From an uncultured Bacteroidales bacterium (GTDB lineage: Bacteria; Bacteroidota; Bacteroidia; Bacteroidales; UBA10428), in the NCBI GenBank assembly GCA_964406315.1, contig CAYORG010000008.1, positions 12,796 to 76,795 of the forward strand: DNA of 64,000 bases, given 5' to 3'. Positions 1 through 10,053 of the stretch are shown one piece after another (position 1 is the first letter of the stretch; each line of letters opens with the position of its first letter). Below the pieces are notes generated by a model. That model did no database searches. It was given only the letters and a program-made list of their open reading frames with translations, and was not told the origin of the DNA. Both the position numbers and the translations under genes were made by a program.

Positions 1-672
1 GGTATGCGCACCAACCTGGTTCACATAAAAAACAGGTACTGAATAGTGTCTTGCATTATAGGTTAAGATATCAGTTTTAATTTCATCATGGTTATAAGCA
101 AAAGGAGAAGCCGCAATATTGATTATAAAATCACAACCCATTGAGTGTAGTTTCTCAACCGGGTTGACAGTATACATTTTGTTCTTACCAAAATTTGTAA
201 GCAAAGGTTGTTTAAACCACAGATCTTCGCAAATGGTGAGAGCGATCTTCTTTCCCTTGAACCTTATGATATCAAACTCCTCTGATGGTTGAAAATAACG
301 ATACTCATCAAAAATATCATAGGTCGGCAGCAAGGTTTTATGAACGATGGTTTCGATTTTCCCGTTGTTAATAAAAAAGGCGGAATTATGCAGGTTTTTC
401 CCCTCATCCTTCTTGTTTACCGTAGGAGATCCGATGATTACGGCTATACCATGAGATTTCCCGGCAATAAATTTAACGGTTTCCAGGCATTTATCAATGA
501 ATTTTTTATGCTCAAGCAAATCTAACGGCGGGTATCCGCATACCGACAATTCACTGAATACAACAAGATCAGCTTCGTTGCGTTTTGCTTCATTCAATGC
601 ACTGATTATAGCGGCAGCATTTTCATGAAATGCTCCAATAGTAAAATTCAATTGAGCCAGTGCTATAATCAT
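1..672 (-). CDS. nadE: Glutamine-dependent NAD+ synthetase, N-terminal carbon-nitrogen hydrolase part (gene runs off the window start)
   Basis: Absent from the ORF track because it is truncated. Reverse translation from the ATG at 672 gives MIIALAQLNFTIGAFHENAAAIISALNEAKRNEADLVVFSELSVCGYPPLDLL...KKIALTICEDLWF, typical of the NadE CN-hydrolase domain. Confidence 0.8.
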   Translation of the reverse strand, partial: MIIALAQLNFTIGAFHENAAAIISALNEAKRNEADLVVFSELSVCGYPPLDLLEHKKFIDKCLETVKFIAGKSHGIAVIIGSPTVNKKDEGKNLHNSAFFINNGKIETIVHKTLLPTYDIFDEYRYFQPSEEFDIIRFKGKKIALTICEDLWFKQPLLTNFGKNKMYTVNPVEKLHSMGCDFIINIAASPFAYNHDEIKTDILTYNARHYSVPVFYVNQVGAHT

Positions 673-681
673 GTTCGACTG

Positions 682-1338
682 TTAAAAAATCACTCCCACT
701 CTCAGGGACAATACCCGTGAATGAACTTTCACATCTTTATTCCTGGTAATATCAATAAATCCGTTATGATAATTTACTCCAAACAAAATGGATGTGTCTT
801 CACTTATTGCATATTCAATACCAATGCCGAAATGATAGGCAAGATTATAAAAGAATATTTCCTTCTTTATATCATCCTTGTAGAGACTTCCGTCACTGGT
901 TGTGGCCTTGGCTTTAATATTGAACTGATTTGTAAATCCTACGCGGGCAAAATACGAAAAATAACCAATCTGATTGGTTTTCAGTTTCAATCCCAACGGA
1001 ATGGTAATATAATTTAATTTGTATTCAACGGTGGTTCCGGCAGGAAGTGTATCTTCTTCATTGTACACCTTTATGATCGTTTCATCAGGATATTTCAGGC
1101 TTCCGCCTTGCGTACCAAGTGATAGTCCCGTATGAATTGCATAATTCTTCTGAAAATATTTATCCAACAAAAGTCCTCCCCGGATCCCAAATTTCATTCC
1201 CTCACCATCCACACTTCGGGATTCAGGACTTAACCAGGTGAATTGAGGATCGATGAATACGCCGAATTTGGTCGTTTGTGAAAATAACGCAAGGGAGATC
1301 GTTACAAACAGGATAATGCTTAAAGTTCTTTTCATCAT
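682..1338 (-). CDS. Outer-membrane beta-barrel protein (PorT/OMP_b-brl_2-like)
   Basis: Signal peptide MMKRTLSIILFVTISLALFSQ, then alternating amphipathic beta-strand pattern ending in ...LSLRVGVIF (aromatic C-terminus). Start moved to the internal ATGATG at 1338. Confidence 0.55.
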   Translation of the reverse strand: MMKRTLSIILFVTISLALFSQTTKFGVFIDPQFTWLSPESRSVDGEGMKFGIRGGLLLDKYFQKNYAIHTGLSLGTQGGSLKYPDETIIKVYNEEDTLPAGTTVEYKLNYITIPLGLKLKTNQIGYFSYFARVGFTNQFNIKAKATTSDGSLYKDDIKKEIFFYNLAYHFGIGIEYAISEDTSILFGVNYHNGFIDITRNKDVKVHSRVLSLRVGVIF

Positions 1339-1427
1339 AAAAATGCTTTTAAGTTCAAAAATATAACATTGAAGCTTATGTGTTATTGTACTCATCCGGC
1401 TATTTTCGAACAGACAGACTCTTTTTC

Positions 1428-2048
1428 TTAACCGTAAGTAACATGAACAATCTTCTTCTCCAGAAAGAATGGTTCTTCAAACAAGTCCCTGATCTCAACA
1501 ATCTTTGTATTATACCCGGTATCAATCTCTTTAGACAAATCACCTCCTTTAAGAGCGATCAGACCTCTGATACTATCATTATCCGATGCAAAAACGATGT
1601 TTTTCCTTGTCCAGTGAATTAAAGTACTCAAAGGCGCAACTGCCCTGCATACAAAAACATCATATTTTCCTTTTATTTTCTCAGCCCGTATGTTTGATGT
1701 TTTCGCATTATTCAATTCAAGAGCATCGATAACAGCCTGTACTACCCTGACCTTTTTTTGTATGGAATCTACAAGAGTGAAATGAACTTCAGGAAAAAGT
1801 ATGGCAAGCGGAATTCCCGGGAATCCTCCACCGGTGCCAATATCAAGTACTTCCATGTTTGAGGAAAATGAAATGTATTTTGCAATGGATAAAGAATGAA
1901 GTACATGCCGCAAATACAGCTGATGAATATCTTTTCGTGAAATTACATTGATTTTTTCATTCCATTTTCTATACAATGGCCCAAGTTTTTCAAAACGCTC
2001 ACGCTGTCCGACAGAAAGAGACGGGAAGTACTTTTCAATGATTTGCAT
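1428..2048 (-). CDS. rsmG: 16S rRNA (guanine527-N7)-methyltransferase RsmG/GidB
   Basis: MQIIEKYFPSLSVGQRERFEKLGPLYRKWNEKINVISRKD... with SAM motif DIGTGGGFPGIPLAI. The ATG overlaps the sigma-factor stop (TGATG). An alternative GTG start lies at 2051. Confidence 0.9.
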   Translation of the reverse strand: MQIIEKYFPSLSVGQRERFEKLGPLYRKWNEKINVISRKDIHQLYLRHVLHSLSIAKYISFSSNMEVLDIGTGGGFPGIPLAILFPEVHFTLVDSIQKKVRVVQAVIDALELNNAKTSNIRAEKIKGKYDVFVCRAVAPLSTLIHWTRKNIVFASDNDSIRGLIALKGGDLSKEIDTGYNTKIVEIRDLFEEPFFLEKKIVHVTYG

Positions 2049-2647
2049 CACATGCTCTTGCTGGTATTTTTTAAAATATTGAACAGAAGTTCACGGGCTC
2101 TGAACAACTGAGCTTTTACAGTTCCAATGGGCAATTCGAGCTCTTCTGCTATTTCTTCATAAGAAAACTCTTTAAAGTATCTGAGCTCAATCAGTTTTCT
2201 GTATCTGGGTTTAAGTTTGGAAACGATCTCTCTCATCATAACCTGCTTCTGACTCTTGATCATAGATTCTTCAGGATCCAAAATCGGAGCCTGCAAATCC
2301 TGAGGAGCTTTTTCGGTATCTTCATCATTTTGGTCGAGAGATACGGTAGTTGTTTTTTTCTTTCTTATAAAATCGATACAATTGTTTGTTGCAATTTTAA
2401 ATAACCATGTGCTGAATGCATAGTTTGGTGTGTATTGTTGAATGTTTTTAAAGGCTTTCCCAAAGGCCTCAATGGTAAGGTCTTCTGCATCACTTGCATT
2501 GTTCACCATTTTCAGTAACATATAATAGATTGCATCCCGATATCTTCCCAGCAACTCAGCATATGCTTTCTGATCTCCTTGCGTTGCTTTCTGTACTAAG
2601 ACAAAATCTCTCTGTGCCTTTTCTGATAAATTGGTATTTATTTCCAT
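2048..2647 (-). CDS. RNA polymerase sigma-70 factor, ECF subfamily
   Basis: 199 aa. Region 2 (AELLGRYRDAIYYMLLKMVNNASDAEDLTIEAF...FSTWLFKIATNNCIDFIRKKK) and region 4 HTH (LIELRYFKEFSYEEIAEELELPIGTVKAQLFRARELL). Confidence 0.85.
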   Translation of the reverse strand: MEINTNLSEKAQRDFVLVQKATQGDQKAYAELLGRYRDAIYYMLLKMVNNASDAEDLTIEAFGKAFKNIQQYTPNYAFSTWLFKIATNNCIDFIRKKKTTTVSLDQNDEDTEKAPQDLQAPILDPEESMIKSQKQVMMREIVSKLKPRYRKLIELRYFKEFSYEEIAEELELPIGTVKAQLFRARELLFNILKNTSKSM

Positions 2648-3834
2648 CTTGACTTTTTGCTTCTAAATGCAGTAGACAGATATATATTAAAATTAATAAA
2701 TAATGAAATCAGGTCAAAAATAATAATCCAAACGAATAGTCCTTTCTCTTTAAAACGAATTGCCGCAACTTTGTAAAGTGTAAACAAAGTGAAAATTCTT
2801 ATACTTCCGACTACTATTGTTGGTATAAAATAAATATTCAGACTTAAAAGATAGAAAAAAGTCATGTAAAATAATAATCGTGCAAACGGTTCTATCCCCA
2901 AAACAAAAATTTGTTTTGCTTTATAGCGTTTAGCCGTGGTAAAATGGCGTTTTTTTTGAGAGAACCATTCTTTCCATTTTCTGCTTGGCTCAGACCGTGT
3001 GAAACTTTCCGGATGAAGTTCAACAGCTGTATTGCTTCTTGTTGCTGTCTCATTTACAAATAAGTCATCATCGCCTGAGAGTATATTGTAATGGGTTGCA
3101 AAACCTTTGTTTTTAAAAAAAAGTGATTTTCTGTAGGCAAGATTCCTTCCAACCCCCATATAGGGTTTTCCTGCTATAGCCATTGAAAGGTACTGAATCG
3201 CAACAAACAACGTATCATACCGAATGTATTTGTTTAAAAATCCTTTACGCGATTTATAGCCTCCATATCCGAGCACAATGTCTGTTTTATCATGAAAATT
3301 TTCCTGCATGCGATTTAGCCATTGATCTGATTCAACATAGCAATCGGCATCGGTAAATACCAGCCATTCATGTCTCGCAGCTTTAATTCCTACAGTGATT
3401 GCGAGTTTTTTCCCATGAGTAAACTTCCGGTCAGGAGCGATGGTCGTTGTTCTTAAGTTTTTATACTTCTTCAGGTATTCCCCCAAAACATCTTCGGTAT
3501 CATCTGTGGAACAATCATTGACCACAACAACTTCAAAATCCTGGTGTTTTTGTTCTAACATGGAAGGAAGGTGCTCTCGCAAATTTTGTGCTTCATTCTT
3601 TGCACATACAATAATTGTTATAGGAAATTTTTTTGATTGTAGTACTCTTTTATGAGAACCAATTCGAATGATATAGGTCAGATGAAATACCAATTGAATC
3701 AATACGGACAAAAAAAATAACCCAAGAAGCCCATATTTTGTGAATTCTATATAGTAAAACGGGTTAAACAAGGTCTTCTGTAAATCTAAATTTAGTAAGT
3801 TACCAAAGGTATTCCCATCATTCAACATTTGCAA
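2638..3834 (-). CDS. Membrane-embedded family 2 glycosyltransferase
   Basis: N-terminal TM helix, GT-A core (ITIIVCAKNEAQNL...VVVVNDCSTDDT...FTDADC...GDDDLF) and C-terminal TM helices. Its 3' end overlaps the sigma start by 10 nt. Confidence 0.8.
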   Translation of the reverse strand: MQMLNDGNTFGNLLNLDLQKTLFNPFYYIEFTKYGLLGLFFLSVLIQLVFHLTYIIRIGSHKRVLQSKKFPITIIVCAKNEAQNLREHLPSMLEQKHQDFEVVVVNDCSTDDTEDVLGEYLKKYKNLRTTTIAPDRKFTHGKKLAITVGIKAARHEWLVFTDADCYVESDQWLNRMQENFHDKTDIVLGYGGYKSRKGFLNKYIRYDTLFVAIQYLSMAIAGKPYMGVGRNLAYRKSLFFKNKGFATHYNILSGDDDLFVNETATRSNTAVELHPESFTRSEPSRKWKEWFSQKKRHFTTAKRYKAKQIFVLGIEPFARLLFYMTFFYLLSLNIYFIPTIVVGSIRIFTLFTLYKVAAIRFKEKGLFVWIIIFDLISLFINFNIYLSTAFRSKKSRWK

Positions 3835-3865
3835 ATTCCTTCGCTTGATATTTTTTCACAATACC

Positions 3866-3873
3866 TATCTTTG
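3866..3873 (+). promoter_or_regulatory. Bacteroidota sigma-A -7 box TATCTTTG upstream of tgt
   Basis: Exact match to TAnnTTTG, 18 nt before the tgt ATG. Confidence 0.45.
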
Positions 3874-3890
3874 GTCCGAATATCAGATAA

Positions 3891-5021
3891 ATGCAATTCA
3901 CGGTTCATCATAAAGACAAAAAGACCAGTGCCAGAACAGGTACAATTGAAACAGATCACGGTATTATAAATACGCCTGTATTTATGCCTGTTGGAACTGC
4001 CGGATCAGTAAAAGGAGTTCACCAAAAAGAATTAATTCACGATATCGATGCACAGATTTTTTTAGGGAACACTTATCATCTTTACCTTAGGCCCGGAATT
4101 GAGTTAATTGAAAAAGCAGGTGGAATTCACAATTTTATAAACTGGCACCGACCTGTTCTTACAGATAGTGGCGGGTACCAGGTCTTTTCACTGGCCGACA
4201 ATTGCAAATTGACAGAAGAGGGAGCTCATTTCAGTTCACATATAGACGGATCAAAACATCTGTTCACTCCCGAAAACATAGTCAATATACAAAGAAGCAT
4301 TGGGGCAGATTTTATCATGGCGCTTGATGAATGTACTCCCTATCCTTGTGAATATAAACAAGCAAAAAAATCGGTTGAACTTACTCACAGATGGCTAAAA
4401 CGAGGAATCGATCAGTACAAACAAACCAAAGCTTTGTATGGTTCTGATCAAACATTCGTTCCCATCGTGCAGGGAAGTGTTTATAAAGACCTGCGTGTTC
4501 AATCGGCTGAGACCATCGCTTCTTATAATATGAAAGCAAATGCAATCGGAGGACTTTCAGTTGGAGAACCTGTTGATGAAATGTACCGGATGATCGAGGA
4601 AGTTGCTTCTGTACTTCCGGAAAACAAACCAAGATACCTGATGGGAGTAGGTACTCCGGCAAATATACTGGAAGCTGTTGCCCGCGGAATTGATATGTTT
4701 GATTGTGTTATGCCAACAAGAAATGGCAGAAACGGAATGCTGTTTACATTTCAGGGCATCATCAATATAAAAAATAAAAAGTGGAGCAATGATTTATCTT
4801 CCCTTGATCCTGATGGTACATCTTTTGTTGATAAATATTATTCAAAAGCCTACCTTAGGCATCTGATAATTTCAAATGAAATGCTTGGTGCACAAATTGC
4901 AAGCATTCACAACCTTGCATTTTATATTCGGCTGATGAAAACAGCAAAAGAAAAAATCGAAAATGAGAACTTCAGCGAGTGGAGAAACAATATTGTCTCA
5001 TCTCTCTCAAAACGGTTATGA
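3891..5021 (+). CDS. tgt: Queuine tRNA-ribosyltransferase (tRNA-guanine transglycosylase)
   Basis: 376 aa. ARTGTIETDHGIINTPVFMPVGTAGSVKG...LTDSGGYQVFSL...GGLSVGEP...FDCVMPTRNGRNG. Confidence 0.95.
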   Translation: MQFTVHHKDKKTSARTGTIETDHGIINTPVFMPVGTAGSVKGVHQKELIHDIDAQIFLGNTYHLYLRPGIELIEKAGGIHNFINWHRPVLTDSGGYQVFSLADNCKLTEEGAHFSSHIDGSKHLFTPENIVNIQRSIGADFIMALDECTPYPCEYKQAKKSVELTHRWLKRGIDQYKQTKALYGSDQTFVPIVQGSVYKDLRVQSAETIASYNMKANAIGGLSVGEPVDEMYRMIEEVASVLPENKPRYLMGVGTPANILEAVARGIDMFDCVMPTRNGRNGMLFTFQGIINIKNKKWSNDLSSLDPDGTSFVDKYYSKAYLRHLIISNEMLGAQIASIHNLAFYIRLMKTAKEKIENENFSEWRNNIVSSLSKRL

Positions 5022-6112
5022 ATAACATCCGACTAAAAAAAATTGACATCTATATAATCAAAAAGTTTCTGGGAACTTACTTTGGCGCAATCGCTTTGAT
5101 TATTATGATAGCTGTTGTTTTTGATTTTTCTGAAAAGATTGATGATTTTTTGGAAAACAATGCACCTTTCAGAAAGGTGGTATTTGATTATTACCTGAAC
5201 TTTATTCCTTACTTCGCTGTGTTGTTCGCTCCCCTCTTTACATTCATCGCTGTCATTTTTTTTACATCGCGCATGGCATACAATACCGAAGTAATTGCTA
5301 TACTGAGCAGCGGAGTAAGTTTTCCCAGGTTATTACGGCCTTATTTTATTTCAGCAACAATCATCATGACCTTTAATTTCTTTCTTGGTAATAATATTAT
5401 CCCAAAGGCAAATCAAAAGAGGTTTATGTTCGAAGAGAATTATTATTACAGCGGACCAAAAGGTTTTAGTGACAGAGATGTTCATAAACAAATTGAACCT
5501 GGGATTTTCATTTATCTTGAAAGTTACAATACACATAGCAACTATGGAAGAAGGTTTTCTATCGAGAAATTTGTTGAAGGAGAACTCGTTTCCAAATTGC
5601 TATCGCAGGAAATTCGATGGGACAGTACAAAAAACAAATGGCAAATCAGAAATTATTATATACGTGATTATATTGACGGAAAACAGGTGATTACACACGG
5701 AACAGTATTGGATACGGCAATAAATCTAAGTCCCGACGAATTCAGAATGCGCGATAATGTTGTTGAGTCAATGACCTTAAAACAGTTGAATGAGTTTATT
5801 GCCAAACAAAAAATGCAGGGTTCAGGGAGAGTGAATGCTCTTCTGGTTGAAAAATTCAGACGTTTTTCATTTCCTTTTTCCACCTATATTCTTACCCTTA
5901 TTGGTGTATCCGTTTCGTCCCGGAAAGTTAAAGGTGGTATTGGAATGCACATAGGGATAGGTCTTATGGTGAGCTTTGCCTATATACTTTTTCTTCAGTT
6001 TTCAGCGCAATATGCTATAAGCGGGGCTATGCCACCGCTGATTGCCGTTTGGCTGCCGAATTTCATTTTTATTTTTGTGGCGTATTACCTCTACAGATTA
6101 GCTCCCAAATAA
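5018..6112 (+). CDS. LptF/LptG (YjgP/YjgQ) family permease
   Basis: MNNIRLKKIDIYIIKKFLGTYFGAIALIIMIAVVFDFSEKIDDFL, six predicted TM helices and a central periplasmic domain. The ATG at 5018 overlaps the tgt stop (ATGA). Confidence 0.85.
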   Translation: MNNIRLKKIDIYIIKKFLGTYFGAIALIIMIAVVFDFSEKIDDFLENNAPFRKVVFDYYLNFIPYFAVLFAPLFTFIAVIFFTSRMAYNTEVIAILSSGVSFPRLLRPYFISATIIMTFNFFLGNNIIPKANQKRFMFEENYYYSGPKGFSDRDVHKQIEPGIFIYLESYNTHSNYGRRFSIEKFVEGELVSKLLSQEIRWDSTKNKWQIRNYYIRDYIDGKQVITHGTVLDTAINLSPDEFRMRDNVVESMTLKQLNEFIAKQKMQGSGRVNALLVEKFRRFSFPFSTYILTLIGVSVSSRKVKGGIGMHIGIGLMVSFAYILFLQFSAQYAISGAMPPLIAVWLPNFIFIFVAYYLYRLAPK

Positions 6113-6148
6113 AGGCATCGTCAAATATACCTGTTGCTGAGGTCAACA

Positions 6149-6970
6149 TTAAAGCACCCCGACAACCGTATTGAAAAAATTGCCAAATAATGCATCTGTT
6201 TCTGTTGTTTTAATTTCCCTGAATAGTCCGAAAACGCATGATCCGCTGCCTGTCATTGAAGCATATACTGCTCCCATATCATACATATCCTGCCTTATTT
6301 TTTGAATCAGAGGATATTTTAAAAAAACAAAGCTTTCAAAATCGTTTGTAATACTATTTTTCCATGTATCTATCGGCATTTTTATGACATCTCTCAAAGG
6401 TTTACCATCTGTTTTGGGTGTTACACCTGAATATGCTTCTTTGCTGCTAATGTGTATGCCGGGACACACAAGCAATATCCTGTAATTCTTAAATGGAAGG
6501 TCAATTGATTGCAATACCTCTCCCCGACCTGTCCCTACCGATGAGGTATTTTCAATAAAAAACGGACAATCACTTCCAATAGCAGCTGACATCTCTTTTA
6601 GATCTTCCTTACTGCAATTGCAGTTAAACAATCTGTTCAGTCCCATTAGCATGAATGCTGCATCGGAAGATCCACCTCCCAGTCCTCCACCGACAGGGAT
6701 GTTTTTATGCAGGTGTATATTGACATGAGGTATTTCAAATTTCTCATATACCTTTTCCCAGACTGTCAGAACCAAATTGTTTTCCGGTGCATCATCCGGT
6801 ATTAAGCCTGTTATTTTTATCGTATTCCTGTTTGAGTCTGACTCATTAAACTCTAAAACATCAACCAGATTAACCGGAAGAAATACAGTTTCTAAGCTAT
6901 GAAATCCATCATTGCGACGTTCAATAACTCTAAGCCCCAGGTTAATTTTGGCATTTGGAAATAAAATCAT
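6149..6970 (-). CDS. ispE: 4-(cytidine 5'-diphospho)-2-C-methyl-D-erythritol kinase
   Basis: MILFPNAKINLGLRVIERRNDGFHSLETVF... and GHMP kinase motif IPVGGGLGGGSSDAA. Confidence 0.9.
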   Translation of the reverse strand: MILFPNAKINLGLRVIERRNDGFHSLETVFLPVNLVDVLEFNESDSNRNTIKITGLIPDDAPENNLVLTVWEKVYEKFEIPHVNIHLHKNIPVGGGLGGGSSDAAFMLMGLNRLFNCNCSKEDLKEMSAAIGSDCPFFIENTSSVGTGRGEVLQSIDLPFKNYRILLVCPGIHISSKEAYSGVTPKTDGKPLRDVIKMPIDTWKNSITNDFESFVFLKYPLIQKIRQDMYDMGAVYASMTGSGSCVFGLFREIKTTETDALFGNFFNTVVGVL

Positions 6971-7179
6971 AAGAATTTACTAATTCCACAAATGTACAAA
7001 CTGGTATAATATTGATTTAAAAGAGGTTCTGAACTTATTAACAAACTGTGAATTTTCGTTGGGAAAACATGTTTATAAGAATCTTCTGATTTTGCTTTTT
7101 CCTCATTTCCCTCATTGTATTTTTATGCTGTCAAAACAATTGAAACAAATTTTAATCCCAGCAACTGGTAACTTCAATT

Positions 7180-8718
7180 ATGGACCAGAAAAAGTCTAAA
7201 CCTGACACCTTTTTCCCTGTTAATCTCGAACATGGGAAATTGCCTCCGCAAGCTCCGGATCTTGAAGAAGCTGTATTAGGAGCTGTTATGCTGGAAAAAG
7301 ACGCTATTATTGAAGTAATAGACATTCTGAAACCTGAAAGTTTTTACAAAGAAGAACATCAGAAGATTTTCCAGGCTATAGTCAACCTGTTTGCTTCTGA
7401 AAAAGCGATTGATATTTTAACTGTTCCGGAAGAACTGAGAAAGGAAGGTATGCTTGATGATATTGGCGGAATTGCATACATTACCCAGTTAACAAACAGG
7501 GTTGCTTCTGCTGCCCATATTGAATTTCATGCCAGAATTATTCAGCAGAAATACATACAAAGAGAACTTATTAGGGTCTCCTCTGAAATTCAGAACAGAG
7601 CGTTTGACGATGGAATTGATGTCGATGATCTTCTTGACTTTAGTGAAAGTGAACTGTTCAATGTTGCCCAGGGACACATTAAAAAAGAAGCTGCTCCAAT
7701 GAATATGCTTGTTAAGGACGCAATAACACTTATTCAGGAAGCCGGAAAACGTGAGGACAATCTTAGTGGAATTCCTTCAGGATATACAAAACTCGACAGA
7801 ATAACCAGCGGATGGCAGAATTCGGACCTGGTAATTGTAGCTGCCAGACCATCCATGGGAAAAACTGCACTTGTTTTGTCCATGACGAGAAATATGGCTG
7901 TAGACCATGGAAAATCAGTAGCAATATTCAGTCTTGAAATGTCATCCATTCAGTTAGTAAACAGGATGATCGTTTCCGAAGCTGAAATTACTTCGGATAA
8001 AATAAAAGTTGGGAACCTTTCTGACAATGAATGGGAGCGGCTTGATTTCAGAATAAAAAGACTGGAAGATGCAAAAATATTCATTGACGATACTCCCGCC
8101 ATCTCCATATTCGAATTACGGGCCAAATGCAGACGCCTGAAAAGACAGCATGATATAAACATCATAATTATAGACTATCTTCAGCTTATGAGCGGAAGCG
8201 GTGATTCCAAAGGGAACAGGGAACAGGAAGTCAGCAATATTTCGCGTGCACTGAAAGGCGTTGCCAAAGAATTAAATGTTCCTGTTATTGCCTTGTCACA
8301 ATTGAATCGCTCTGTAGAAATCCGAACCGGAAGCAAACGTCCTCAGCTATCTGACCTGAGAGAATCAGGAGCCATCGAGCAGGATGCCGATATGGTGCTG
8401 TTTATTCACCGACCAGAAAAATATGGTATTTTTCAGGATGACGAAGGAAATTCTCTGAAAGGACTTGCTGAAATTATTCTTGCAAAGCACCGAAACGGAG
8501 CTTTAGGGGATGTCAATCTCAAATTCGTCAGTGATTATGCCAAGTTCATAGAAATGGATGATGATTATTTCGGCCCTATAGATATTGATGTTGACGAAGA
8601 TATACAACCAAAAGCGGTTACCCTGGAATCTAAAATGAATAAAAGTGATCAGGAGAAAGAAATGAATAACAACGATCTTTTAGATAATCCTGATTTCTCC
8701 GATGAAGTTCCGTTTTAA
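7180..8718 (+). CDS. dnaB: Replicative DNA helicase DnaB
   Basis: 512 aa. N-terminal domain PPQAPDLEEAVLGAVML, Walker A AARPSMGKTA, IIIDYLQLM, LSQLNR, and an acidic C-terminal tail. Confidence 0.95.
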   Translation: MDQKKSKPDTFFPVNLEHGKLPPQAPDLEEAVLGAVMLEKDAIIEVIDILKPESFYKEEHQKIFQAIVNLFASEKAIDILTVPEELRKEGMLDDIGGIAYITQLTNRVASAAHIEFHARIIQQKYIQRELIRVSSEIQNRAFDDGIDVDDLLDFSESELFNVAQGHIKKEAAPMNMLVKDAITLIQEAGKREDNLSGIPSGYTKLDRITSGWQNSDLVIVAARPSMGKTALVLSMTRNMAVDHGKSVAIFSLEMSSIQLVNRMIVSEAEITSDKIKVGNLSDNEWERLDFRIKRLEDAKIFIDDTPAISIFELRAKCRRLKRQHDINIIIIDYLQLMSGSGDSKGNREQEVSNISRALKGVAKELNVPVIALSQLNRSVEIRTGSKRPQLSDLRESGAIEQDADMVLFIHRPEKYGIFQDDEGNSLKGLAEIILAKHRNGALGDVNLKFVSDYAKFIEMDDDYFGPIDIDVDEDIQPKAVTLESKMNKSDQEKEMNNNDLLDNPDFSDEVPF

Positions 8719-8723
8719 TTCTT

Positions 8724-9422
8724 TTATAGAAATTTCCTTAATTCTGAAAGATCAGCAATTGTATACGTAGATTCTATTGCAGATTTTATGTTATCAGGAT
8801 TGAAAAATACCTGATCAATATTGACATTTTTCGCTCCCTGTATATCATTTGCAATATCATCACCCACCATCAGGCATTCTGATTTTTTCGCATTTTCCGA
8901 TCGGATAGCATACTCAAAGATTTTTTCATTTGGTTTGGCATACCCAATCCTGTCCGATGTAAATAGCTTTGTGAAATATTTGGATATTCCTGAACTGATC
9001 AGTTTTGTCAGTTGTACGTCATAAAAACCATTTGAGATGATATACAATTTGTATTTCGTATACAGATACTCGAGAATCTCTTTTGAATCCTTAATGAGAA
9101 AAGGTTTCACCGGACATGTGTTTAAATAAAAACAACTAATCTCTTCAATAAGGTTTTTATCATGTATGCCATAATCTTTCAAAAGCAACCGGAATCTTTC
9201 CTGTCGTAGTATAGGCTTTCTTATCTTGCCTTCCCTGTACTTATCCCAAAGACGATCATTGTAATGATTGTATTTTTCAATAAATTCTTCTATGTCAGGC
9301 ACATACATGCTTATATTGAATTCCATGATTATATCTTTCAGAGCTTCTGAGGAATTATTTGTGAAATCCCATAGCGTTCTGTCCAGATCAAAAAAAATGT
9401 ATTTGTACGATTTTTGCAGCAT
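8724..9422 (-). CDS. HAD-IA family hydrolase (YjjG-like nucleotidase)
   Basis: HAD motif I IFFDLDRTLWDF, motif II IISNG, motif IV MVGDDIANDIQGA. Confidence 0.75.
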   Translation of the reverse strand: MLQKSYKYIFFDLDRTLWDFTNNSSEALKDIIMEFNISMYVPDIEEFIEKYNHYNDRLWDKYREGKIRKPILRQERFRLLLKDYGIHDKNLIEEISCFYLNTCPVKPFLIKDSKEILEYLYTKYKLYIISNGFYDVQLTKLISSGISKYFTKLFTSDRIGYAKPNEKIFEYAIRSENAKKSECLMVGDDIANDIQGAKNVNIDQVFFNPDNIKSAIESTYTIADLSELRKFL

Positions 9423-9537
9423 AGTATTTGTACAAAGCTATGTATTTTTAGCCTTTATTTTTATGTTCAGGATAGAAGCAACCCTGACCTGTAATTATTC
9501 ATCTATACAATAGCAATTAAGAAAATGTAAAACTCAT

Positions 9538-9945
9538 ATGAAGAAAATTTTAATCCTGTTTGCCATACTGGTTTTTGCAACTTGTGAAAACAATGAACCC
9601 GGCGTTTTGAATTGTAACACGTTTAAGACTGCTATTTTAGAAAAGAACAAAGGAATTGTCCGTTCAGAAATTGAAAAGCTGACTACGGATTTATATCCCG
9701 CACCTACTCCGGAAGATAATATCGGACATATGAACAACCTGCAAATACTCACAGACAGGATAAATTCCGGTTGTGAAGAAATAACAGCGAGTGTACTTTG
9801 TTATGCCTGTATTGAGACATACCCGCCCTTGTCCGAGATCCTGGTTGAATTTGTATCCGACAATACAACGGTTTCAGCAACCATAGATATCGTAACCTCT
9901 GAAAATGATATTCTTCGTTTTGGAGGTCTGTATCCTTCCGAATAA
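9538..9945 (+). CDS. Hypothetical lipoprotein
   Basis: Lipobox-like signal MKKILILFAILVFATC. No recognisable domain. Confidence 0.5.
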   Translation: MKKILILFAILVFATCENNEPGVLNCNTFKTAILEKNKGIVRSEIEKLTTDLYPAPTPEDNIGHMNNLQILTDRINSGCEEITASVLCYACIETYPPLSEILVEFVSDNTTVSATIDIVTSENDILRFGGLYPSE

Positions 9946-9986
9946 CTCTATATCATATTAAAATTTCCTTATTCGGGAAATTATTA

Positions 9987-9994
9987 TACATTTG
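9987..9994 (+). promoter_or_regulatory. -7 box TACATTTG upstream of the DUF5020 gene
   Basis: Matches TAnnTTTG, 60 nt before the ATG at 10054. Confidence 0.35.
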
Positions 9995-10053
9995 CAGCCG
10001 TTAAAAACGACTTGAATTCTATTCGTGTCCTAGCTAACCACGTAAAAAACTAG

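Noticed and set aside
289-525. 78-aa plus-strand ORF at the window start
   Set aside because: It lies antisense inside the clearly recognisable nadE CN-hydrolase coding region, so it is a shadow ORF.
4979-5017. N-terminal extensions proposed by the ORF track, also at 26843-26905, 48232-48312, 59106-59168, 60622-60669 and 15196-15219
   Set aside because: Family-typical N-termini or signal peptides begin at internal ATGs. In several cases a TAnnTTTG -7 box lies inside or just before the extension, so the extension would be untranscribed.
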